A stretch of DNA of 58,025 nucleotides from a virus (taxonomy: Duplodnaviria; Caudoviricetes). The stretch lies in the IMG/VR virus record IMGVR_UViG_3300031974_003279, positions 1 to 58,025 of that record. One strand, written 5' to 3'. This document shows positions 10,101 to 22,100 of this stretch, piece by piece. The translations under genes were made by a program, and so were the position numbers. Numbering within the stretch: the first letter of the stretch is position 1; each line of letters begins with the position of its first letter. Under the pieces are notes generated by a model. The model saw only the letters and a list, made by a program, of their open reading frames with translations, had not been told where the DNA came from and ran no database searches.

Positions 10101-13100
10101 TTAAAACCAAATGACTTTACCGAATGGTCAGATAAGCAAGGTCTTATTTTAAATGAGCAGTTAGATATTGCTCAGCAAGAAATAGATACAGATCGTGATA
10201 TAGGATCAGAGGCTGCTTTAAAAGATGCTGGGTTTGAAGATAAGGTTTCTTACTCGGCAGATGATCTAAATGACTATGTAGAGAAGCACGGATCAAAGCA
10301 AACCAAGTTTATATGGAGTCTGATAAAAGGTGTTGTTCAAAAATTAGGTGTTACAACTCAAATAAGGTTTAGGCCTGATTATGAAGGAGGTGACAATATT
10401 GGCTTTTATTCTCCAACCACTAATAGTATTCAACTAAGGGCTGAGTTATTCAAAAATCCAGAAACTGCTGCTCTAGTAATAGTTCATGAATTGGTTCATG
10501 GTGCTACTAATCGTATTCTGGAAGCTGTAAAAAAGAATAACTCTGAAGTCTTAAGTCTTCTAACTAAGAAACAGATCAATGCAGCTAAAAAGCTATCTAA
10601 GTTAGTAAAAGAACTACAGGCTGACCCAGACACAAAAGATTGGTACGGTTCTACCAATGAAGATGAACTTCTTGCTGAGTTAGCTAATTCAGGATTTGTA
10701 GATGCTATAAAGGCTAAAAAGGTAAAACCAAGTATTCTAAAAAGGTTTATAAACTTTTTAGCAGACCTCTTTGGATTTCCTAGAGCTGACGACACTGTCT
10801 ATAGTGAAGCTTTGCAGGCTCTGGAAGACCTTATTGCTAACCCTTTGGATTTTGAAGAATTAGGTTTAAAAACTTATGGTACAGGAGTAGCGAGTCAAAT
10901 GTCCCTCCCGTTTGGAGAACCTACAGGACAAGTTAATGAAGCTAAAGTAAAAGATTTAGAATCTTATTTTTCTGAGAATACTAGATCTACACGAGATTTT
11001 AGGTATAAGCCAGATTTAGATGGAGAGGGTGAGCTTGCTCTTAGGGAGCAAAGAGAAAAACTTATTGAGTTAGGTGCAGAAAGAATATCTGCCCATGGGA
11101 TGGCTAAGGGTAATATAGGAACTCAGTTTAAAGAGTTAATCCAATTACTTACAGAAGGTATAGATTCAACAAGAGGTGGCGGTATGCTTTATACCGCTCC
11201 TTTAGTTTTGTCAGATGAAGTAAAGAAAGCCGCTGAAGCTATAGGAACAGCTAGTGGTACTGCTTATATAGATGGTGGTTTTATAGTTTTAGCTAAACCA
11301 GGCGTCGATAGACTTACAAATGCTAACCAGATTGCAGGAGTTTTAGTAAATGAGGCAGTTGCAGATACATTACCAGAGTTTGTAAGTAAGCTACAAGAAG
11401 CATTTCCTGGTTTACAAATAGACTCTTATTCTAATGCCTCAAAAGTAGTTTCAGAGATAATGGCTTCTGGGCAAGCTGTTGAAACTAGGTCATTGGTTCC
11501 TGGTAAGCAAGAGCTTATTAAAAAACGTCAGGAGTTACAGGATAGACTTACTGAACTAAAGAACTCTGCCGGTAACCAAACCGCAGATCTAAGTAACGCT
11601 AATCTTATTCTTGATCAGACTTCAGAAAAGAGAGCTCTTCAAAATCGTCAAAACATTGCGAATACAGTAGCTGAACAGATGGCTACTGCATTTAGAGAAT
11701 ACCTTGTGTCTGTAGATCCGGGTGATACCGTTGAGGATCTTGAAGATAAAGTCAACAAGTTCATCAGTGAGTTCAGAAGCATTTCTAAAGATCTTGAGGA
11801 TGGAGTGGGTGCAAATGAACTTAAGCAGTTTCTTGAAAACATACTCAGTAAAAATGATGACTATAAGCAATTGACCATAAAGGCGTTTAGTCTTAGAGAA
11901 AGAGCCAGTCAGCTTCTAGATATAGTTCTTCAAACAACTGAAGCAAGCCCCGAAGAAAAAATAGACTTTAAGCAACGCATGCAAGCCGCTGAGACTTTTT
12001 CTTTTGCTGCAGTTGAAAACTTTGTAAACAAATATCCATTCTCAGGTCAGGAAGAATTAAATGATCTTGAAAAAGTATTTAATGAGTACTCAGATGTAGT
12101 CGATAAGCTGTATGAGTTTTCTATTGATGAGCGCATGAACTCTGCATTTTCCATACTAATGAGTGCAGTTGCTGAAAATGCTCAAAGAAATGACTTTGGA
12201 GTAATCGATGTCGAAAGCCTTCAAAAGATTGTAAAAGGGGTTGTTACTAAAGAAGAACTCGATGAATTCTTTAGTGGGCTTGGGGTTGAACCGCTTAACG
12301 ATCCTAGCAATCAAGAAATCATTGACGAAGGTCAGCGTAAAAGACGAGAGTTTTCAGAAAGCGCTAAACCGTTTATTGGAGATGACCCTGCTTCTGGGGA
12401 CAGTCTTATCAGACCAGGTTTGTCTGAGGAAGAGAACGAAGGAGACTTAAACCAGTATGAACGACGTTCTGGAAGTCTGCTTGATGAAGAACAAGGTCAT
12501 TTTGATTACTTGGTGAACGTAAGAGCGTTTCATGCCTTAATGCGTACTGACTACAGTATAACCAACAACGTTCATTTTATAAGCCCTAAAGGCTTTGAAA
12601 ACGGATCGATTGCTGAAAGGTTTGGAGATGACTTTGCAAGAGTTCTTAAGAGTCAGCTTTTGTTTTTCTACGGAAGTTTTAGAAAAGTTAGTAGGTCAGG
12701 ACAGAAAGAGGGCAAACCAATTCCTTTGTTTGCAACTCTTGACTACATTGAAAATACCTTTGGGAAGGACTCTAAGGAGTACAATGCAGCAATGAATGAC
12801 TATAAAATAGTCATGGTTGGTGACAACGTAATTGTAGAAAACAAAGAAAACCCCAAGGAAAAAGGCGCATTCCTATTTAAAGATCCAAGAAGGTTTGACG
12901 GAAGCAAGCACAAAGTAATTTATGCCAGTGCTGCCAGTATAAACGATCTTACAGGTTATCCCGGGAAACCAAGTTTTCTATACAAGCAGGTTGGAGATAA
13001 GCCTGTTGAAACCCGGTATAGAGATTTTGATGAGAGTCGTGTTGACGAGTATGTTAAGGCATATGCCAACATTCGTAAAAGCGCCGACAGAAGACCTCTA

Positions 13101-16100
13101 AGAATGACCTCGTCTTCACGTACGCCAGGACCACTGCGTGAAGCAAATAAGAATGACTCTAATCGTATTTCTTACGAAACTCTGTTTGAGGATCTTAACA
13201 CAGGAACAACTGTATCTAATTTCATTCAGGGTATTAATGAGATGCTTCCACCTGAGCATCAAGGAAAGAGCTTTTCCGAACTAAGGGAGGCTGGTATCAT
13301 TACGCTTACAAACAAAAGCGGTAAGGATCCAAGAGGTGTTGCTAAAGGTAAGCTTAAGCCCGGTTTTCATTACTTGACCATTCAAGGAGTGACAACTGTT
13401 CTAATGACAAAAAAGCTTTCTCCGGAAGACATCAATAAAATAGTTGACATCATTACTTGGATTGGTAAGAACCAAAAGACCGCTGATCCTGCAACAGTTG
13501 ACAACCTTATTGATTTCATTAGAAGTACGTTCCATGTTTCAAGCTTGGATGTTACGTTCGCAACGGCAGAGCAAGGCATTGAAAGAAATGATTTTAGTAT
13601 TGCAAGACCGTTTAGAGGATCTGATTATCAAGTAGCATGGTCTAATAAGTATGATCCAACAAATCCTAACTCTTGGATACTATCGCCAGAAGTTGTAGAA
13701 GACAAAGAGTTTCTTTCAAGTTTAAGGACATTCTTGGCCGGTAAAAACTACAGCTCACTTTATGCAGACAATTCAAAGACTGTTGTTTTTTACGATGATG
13801 TCGAGATTAAAGGTGACAAAGTAACATTTGGTAAAACCCTTAATCGTACGGAGTATGTAAATAAGATGGGAGACAGGCTTGTCACCATCTTTAAAAAACC
13901 AACTGGTACAAAGTACAGTGATCGCCTCATTACATATGAGGCCAGTGCTCAGTTTACCCCTGAAGTATCTGAAGAGTTTAGGGTTCGTCAAACTGATGAT
14001 CCTTCGGTTGAGAATACATCCGACCCTTCTGATGTTGCATCTCAAGAAGAAGCATTTCCAACTAATGTTGAGTCTAATAAACTTACCGAAGAAGATCTGG
14101 ACCGTATCATAGGTGCGTTTACTCCGGATCAGCTATTGGATATTCTTGATGACATTCTGGAAAACGATGTCTCTTCAGTAGAGTTGCCTGAGGTATCCTT
14201 TGACTTTTATGACTCTATTAAAAAGACGTCCGGATACATCGATCAGTCATATTTAAAGCATTTACACGAAGCCTATTTACTTATAGATAACCCTACTACA
14301 GAAAATGTAAAGGATTCGTTAAAGCTTATTCTCAAGAGCAGGTTTGCTAAGGGCACACCAACAGATCTGAATCTAAAACCTTACTCTTATCAAGGCGGTG
14401 TTCGTACTAGGGTTCTTCCAAAAGCACCTCTACCAGTCTATGTTGATGAAGCAATGGCCTGGTTCAAAGAGCGTCATCCTGATGCTGAGGTTACAATTAC
14501 TGAGGATGGTGAAACCTTAGGAGCCCTGCTTCAAGGAGGTAATGTTGTCTTTTCCAAAACAGAACCAGACGCTTTGTACCACGAAGCCTGGCACCGTACG
14601 TCCATGTATTTCTTGAGTCCGGAGCAAAGAGCTGCCGTGTACCAAGAGGTTCGTGAAAGACTTGGAGAAACTGTGGTACCCGTAAGTAGTCCATCGGGGG
14701 TTGTGTTTGTCAAGGGTACTGAAATGACGGACAAGCAAGCTGAGGAATACTTGGCCGATGAGTTCCGTAAGTATCGCATTTTTGGAGAGTTCTACAAGTT
14801 TCCACCAAAGGCTAAAAAGCAAAAGTCTTTGTTTGAGCGCATTGTAGACTTCTTTGTGAACATGATCAACTGGTTGACTGGTCAGCCAGGATCAACTATG
14901 GAAGATCTTTTCTTCTATGCAGACAACGGTGTATTTAAAAACGCCAAGGTAAAGACTCACATTGGTGAGTTCTTTATGATCCCAGGTATGAGTAGTAGCG
15001 AGACCCTGTTGACTATTTCTGAGTTCAACAGGATGTTTATGAAATATTCTTGGTCTCGAGCTAACCTTGAGAATGAAGAGCGTAGCATTATTGCTGCAGC
15101 ACAATCTACAGGAAAGTTACCTCTATCTGATTTTTGGGATGCTTACGAAGCGGGTCAAGTTCCAAGTGAGGATTTAGCGACTATAACAACAAGAATTCAA
15201 GCATCTCTTCAAAGACTAAGAAAAGCTCCTGAAGGCAGTGATCTTGAGTTCGAACAAGCCAAGGTAAATAATAATGAACTTAACTGGTTAATTTCTAAGA
15301 TCCGAGAGGAGCATGCAAACTACTTAACTGGTATTGGTTATAAAGTAATTACGGAGAAAAATAGCGTTGACGATGTTGAAGAAAGCGATGGTTTACAGGG
15401 TCTGCAAACTAATCTTGAAGACGCATCCGATCTAAACCCTGATCAACTTACTGAAGAGTTTACCAAAGACAAGGAGGTTGCTAAAAATTCAAACAACTGG
15501 AATCGATCCAAGAACGCGATCAAGACAACACCTCCATTAGTAAAAGCATTCTTTGAAGGACTTGTTACTATTGATGAGGTTAGAAGCATGGCTCAGTTTT
15601 CTTTGGAAGGCAATGCTTCAGAAATGATGAAAGCTGTTGTTCAGAAAGTTCATGGGTTACCTATGTCTGAGGTTGGGGTAGTTCTCCAAAAAATGTCATC
15701 CCAATCAAAGGTCTATGCTGAGATTAATCGAAGGTGGCGTGATTTAACAGCAGCAGCTCAAAACTCTAAGTCTGCAAATGTTGCCCTGAATTTGGTATAC
15801 ACTTCTTTAAAGCTTACCAAACAAGAGTTTGCAACAGTGTCTCCTACAAGCTTTGTTAATCAAGTGGCAGAAGCTCAGCGCAGAGATCACTTCAACACGT
15901 TCAACTCAATGTTTTTGAATTCGGATTTAATATCCGTAGACGAGGGTCTTTACGTTCTTGTCAATACTCCAGAAACATTTCAAAGTGAAAAGGTTGGTTT
16001 TGATAGAGTAGTTGACTACTTAGATACAGCTAGTCCTTCCCAGGTACTTGACTTTACAGAAAGACTCTTTGGACCAGTGCTTAGGGAATCTCTTGATGAC

Positions 16101-19100
16101 TCAATTGACTTTGGAGAAGTCGATCCGATCATTTCCCAACTTACTGGAATGTTGTTCGACCTTTTCGAAGACGCTCCTCGTAAGTATAAACTTGAGTCAG
16201 GAAGAATCAGCTTTGCTCAACTTCGTGGTACCAGAGAGTATATTTCTTTGATAAGCACTCTTGCTCACTACAAGTATGCTTACAGAAATTTAACTGGTGA
16301 CATGAGTGTTGCCCGCTTAAAGCAATCCGGTGAGGAAACCAGACAGCATGCAATCGGTGAAAATACTCACCTAACAAACATACTGAATGACATAGAGGGT
16401 ATTCAGAACTATGTGAACCTTGAAAGCGCTTACGAAAGATTTGTTGAAATCATGGTTGACCATGGGTTCTCTAACCCTAACGCTAGGGACAGTAATGGTA
16501 GGCCTGTGATCAGTATTCTTCCAGAGTTTGCCAATCACTTTCTAATAAATGAAATTGTCTTTGTAGTCAATCAATACCTTGAAAGCGGTGGAAGGATTCC
16601 ATATATGCTTACTGAGCGTATCATTAGTGGTAACAAGGACGAATCTGTAAATCACAGTAAAGCTTTTGAAGCATTGAGTCCGTCAGAACTCATAGCAACT
16701 CACATTAAAATCTTGACCCATGGTGACTTTTTAATGACCGGGTCGGGTGGAAGAAAGCGTGAGAGTACAATTGTACTAAGAAGTGGTGCTGACAAAGCGA
16801 CTCTTGAGAACGATCCTGAGTCAAGTCAATTTACAAGAAGATTCTTTTCTGTAAGTGACTCTCCAAATAGACCTTATGTAACCATAGAAGATCATCTAAA
16901 GGCTTTATTTGTTGATGAAACAGTTCGTGTATTGGAGCAAAGATTCCTGTATGAAGCTGGTCATCAATTGCCAAACTCAACTAGACAAAACATTGAGTCT
17001 TTTGGTGATAACTACAACTACGTTCATTACCAGGACATTTATGAATTGATTACTGAAGCAGATTCAGGATTCAATAAAAGCTTGGACGAAGCAGTAAAGG
17101 ATCTTATTAAGGATCCTGCAAGTATTTCAAATATTCAAAACATATCGAAAGGCTTGGTTTCTAAGTTTGAGAAAATTATTGATCTATCGATCAATCAAGT
17201 TCTTGATACTAGAGCAAAAAGCATTTTGTCTCGTCTACCAAAAGACTCTAAGCAAAGTCCTTACAACACGGTTATAGAAGATTTGATTTTCCTAGAAGAA
17301 GATCAGAATGCTTTTGCTCCAAGTTGGGTAATACTTACTCCGTTTGAAAATGTTGTTATCGATGACAAAGGCTTTTATTCTGAAAACGAGCCTACTGTTG
17401 ATGGAAAAGTAGCAACTCTAGACACATCAAGAATTTATTCTAAAAATTCAGAGGAGTTTTCTTTATTCCAAGAGCTGGCTGTTAACAGAGGTAAGTATGT
17501 AATAAACTCAGATCTATTTGGGTTTTCGGAAGATCAAGAAGAGAGCGATAATGCGCTTGACGCAGGCTCTGATAGATTTACTACGTTCATAGACCACGTT
17601 GCTGAAAAATATGGTTGGACTCCTGAAGATCTTTCGAATATAAAGGCAACTCTTCTTATTACTGAAGAGCAAGCTGTTCAAGTAATGAGAGAGGTTGTCG
17701 GTATGTTTAAGGTTTCAACTACCGAAATGGCTGCTTTCTCAATGGGTAGCTACTCAGTATTTAAATCTGTTGCAGATGCAACCAGACGTTTTGAGGTCAA
17801 CGGTTCTAACAAGAAACAAATCAATCTCGAGAATGCAATTGCAGATCGTTTTGATGGTCGTGTTAGAAATCCTAAGTATATGAGATTGAATGTCGTTGAA
17901 GACATCATATACGACAAGAGTCCTAGCAAAGTGTCAGGACCCGAAGAGTTGATCGGTAAAGACAAAAAAGGTGCCTTTAAGAACCTTAATTCACCGGAGA
18001 CAAAGCTGGCCCTAGACCGACTTCAAGAAAGAGTTAACAACCTTCCTAAAGACGATAAGTCTAAGAGAGCTGCTCAAAAACTAATGGATACCATTAGATC
18101 CATGCAAGATGGAGGTTTTGAAGGTACTGATGCACAATCTTTAATCAGTCTTGATTTTTATAGAGAGTTCTTGACAGTAGCTGGTTTGTGGGGACCTACT
18201 GATCTTGAGAAGATTTACGTTTCTCAAATGTATCACCTAGTCAACGAGGCTATTAAAGTAAACCAACTTGTACCAGAGGATGAAAAGTTAAAGATGCCTG
18301 ATGGAACTGTGGTAGACGAAGGTATTTTTAAAACACATCCTTTGTTTGTAAAGCATGGTGAACCAATGGTGGTTGATGGAATCTTTATCCCACAGTTCAA
18401 TGGAAGGCCGGTCAATATTAACTCCAACACTGGGTTTAAATCGTTGAAGCCTCAGGGCACCGGACGCCAATTAACTGGGGATCGAATTACATTCTATCTT
18501 TTGAAAACTGCACTTACTCCGATAATGCCTAGTGAGTACAGTATTCCAGCTAACGCCACTACTCCAGATGCAGAGAATGTAAACATGATCAAGTTTTTCT
18601 GGAAGAACACTATTGAGGAGCAAGCAGATATTATTGTATTTGAGTCTTCAAACAAAAGACTGCTTCCACTTGGTATCAACTCTGTGAACATGGTCAACTT
18701 TGGAATGCAGATTTCAGAGTCCTTTGATACAAACCAAGAGGCAGCTATTTCAAAACAGTTACTTGGTGTCTCTGGGATGGATGCTTTCCAAAACCAACTG
18801 TTTACTGAGCAAGAGACCGAGTTGTTTAAGAACCTCCACGATGTATTTGATAATACTGTAGACGCTCTTACAATAAACAATGCAGTTGCATACTTTATGA
18901 AGCTGGGACTTGGTGTTGACTTTGCAAACAAGAATCTTAAAGTCGTTGATGCTGAGCGATTTAGCACAGCTATGGCTAGCATGTCAGACGTTGGTAAGAT
19001 TGATAAAGGGTCCTTGGAGCAGATCAAGAGGTTTGTTACCAGCCCTGAAGAAAATCAGCACATTGATACTTTGATTCCAGGTACACAGTATAGAAATGTG

Positions 19101-22100
19101 TTTACGTCAGCTATTGAAAAGCATGTGATCACTTTGAGAGATCGTTCTGCAAAACAGATCGTACAAGAAGCTGACATCAGCCAAAGCCTTAAGTTCTGGA
19201 GAATTGAGAACGGTGAACTTAAACCACCTCAAATAAAACTACCTGTTCCTAAGTCATTACACGCTTGGATCATTGACACGTTTGGTAACAGTGACTTGGC
19301 TAATGCAGACCAAGAAGCCAAAAATCTGAATTTCTACATTGCTTTTTCAAAGTTCAGGGAGGCGTATAGAAACAACGACCCTAGGATACCTAAGCAAATC
19401 AGACAGAGTCTGATCAATCGTACTCCTATGGACAACCGTCACTCTGCTACACCTGTAGAGATAGTTGACTACTTGCTTCCTTGGGAAGGTCACAAGATAA
19501 CTGTGCCCATGGAGCTCGTGTTTATTTATGGTTTTGACTTTGACTACGATAAGTTGACATCTTACTATCAAACTCCGGTTTATGATAGAAAAAATAAGTC
19601 GTTGACTTTTGTTAAAGAGTTAGAGTCTGAGCAAGATCTCAAGGAAAGGATTTTAGAGGAGGCCAAAAAAGGTCGTTTCAAATTAGCCAATCAACTCTTG
19701 TTCAACTTACAGAGTATTAATGAGATTACTGCAGGGCAATTAAAGCATGCGATTAAGGTCTTTAAAAGAGCTCGTTCAAAAAGCCTTTCTGCTCAAAGTA
19801 AAAAACAACAACGTGCACTTAAGAAGGACGAACAGGATTTGGGTAAACGTATTTATGCTATAGATCAAAACATCGAAAAGTACACTAGAGCTCTTGATCA
19901 GGTAGCAAGCAAAGGTGGTGCTGAGCAGGCTATACAGAGGTATCAAAAAATGATCAATAAGCTTGAAGAACAAAAACTTCAAGCTGAGTTGGACTTAATA
20001 TCTGTTGCTTATGAGTTTGATGATATAAGTCAAATTAATCAACTAAGATCTGAGATTAGCTCAGCAGTTGATTTATACTTCAGCAATCAGCAGAATAACC
20101 CTTACCGCTTAGACATCTTTCAGGAAAAAACTACACTTACAAATAAGTTGTATGACAACCTGTATAAGATGATGATGGTTGAGCCAGCTGCAATGCTTTC
20201 GATGATTCCTACCGGAACATCTACTGTTGAAGAATTAGCTGAGCAATATCTAATTGAGTCAGAGTCAATGCCATCTGACAAGTGGTCAGATCTATTTGAT
20301 ATAGAAAAGAATGCTGTAAAGCGTTCCACAATCCTTGCCTCGGATCGCAGTATTGGAACTTTTGCATACGCCACTCCGATGTTTTCGAGACTTCAAAAAT
20401 CACCTGTTCGCTTTGATTCTAAGTACTCACTGCCTTTTGAAGGTATGGACGGTACAGTCATTATTGGAGGTATGTATGATACTGAGGGAGATATTGCTTC
20501 CCTGATGGGTTCAGAGTTTTTGAACACAGCGTTAGATTCATCTAAAAATCCAAAGCCTTTCTTTGCAGGTCTTGATGATTTTGCAGCATCGGTTATTTAT
20601 TCAATGCTGATGCTAGGTACTGAGAACCTTAACGGTACCATGAGAGGAAACATTAGCCCTAGTTTAATTATGGCTATGTTGAATCAACCTGCGGTAAAAA
20701 AGTTTCTAAAACTTTACAGAAGTAACGTTCAGAACAAAACCAAATACGCTTCTAAAAGAGAAGCCAGGAATGCTGCTTTCCATCAGGCACTGGCTCTACG
20801 AGGAGTTAGTTTACATGTTCATCACAATCCAGCTATGGGTGAAGCTGTATTACCAGTGGACCCTGCGCAGGAAAATCCAGTAGATGTGTTGGGATGGTCT
20901 GATGCTTTTTCAGGAGCTAGTGAGGAAGCAAGATTGACTCTTGCCGAAGAAGAATTCAATCTTCGCAGTCAGAGAATGTATGACACCTCAGACGAAACTG
21001 CTGACGTTGTACCATTCTTATTTCAGCTTGTACAAACCTCACTTTATCCTAGAGATATAGTTAAAGGAAGAACTCCTTGGGCTAGTCGACAAAGAGCTGT
21101 TAGACAAAATCAGGACTCTTACCTAAAAGCTATGCAAAGCATTACGAAGGTTTCTTCAAAAATGCTAAGAGCACCTAAGGATGAATCAGTTTCAACTACG
21201 TTTAATCAGCGAACTGACGAAGTAGCAATACTTGATGCATTTGTTACAATGATGGTTTATTCTGATAAGATGACTGACTTTATGCTTGCGTTTAGAAAAG
21301 ACTCAAGTCTTGCAAAAACTGTTCATCAGTTAACGCAGCATGAAGAAACTCGTAGAAAATTAATGGATCCTAAGAAGGGTGGGTTATTTCAAACTCAAGA
21401 TGTAGTAAACTTTTATAGGTCTAACTATCTAAAGTCCTTCATTTTAGTCAATGAGTTGACAAACTCCTTCTTGAAGACTAGAAGTTTGTTTTATGATCCT
21501 GAAATTTTTGACAGAGAAGATCACGAGTACTTCTTCAATATGTTTGGGTACCAAGTTACTTACGATGCAGTAGCAGAATACTTTCCGAGCTACTTGGTTC
21601 AGAAGTTCATTCCAGAAACAGACGATCTTGCAAGAACACTTTTGTTTCAAAAGCCGCAGTTCCAAGACAGTCTCTTAGGATTGTATAGAGAGTTTACAAG
21701 ACAGTTAAAGGAAGAGTACAAACGAGCCGGTGGTCAAAAACGATATGAAGATGACATAGTTATCAAAAACATTAAGGTCGTTCCTAATGCTAGAGACTAT
21801 GTGTTCAAGCAGACTCGAGATATTCAGTCACTCATTTTGACAAATCGAAGGATTCAAGGTAAAGACCTAGAGTTACTTCAAGAAAGAATTGCTCAGCTTA
21901 CTGATCCAAACGCTACTCTGAATCCAGATCTTGTTGCAGCAGCCAAAGAATTTTTTGATGCAGCATCGATTGCATCACTGTATCAAAATGCAAATAATCG
22001 ATTTAGTCAAGTTGGAAAGGCTTTGGTAAACTATCCTTTCTATAATGACATGCTTGAAAAAGCAGTTGCTCGTTTTAAGGAAGTTTCTAAAGGGCGACAG

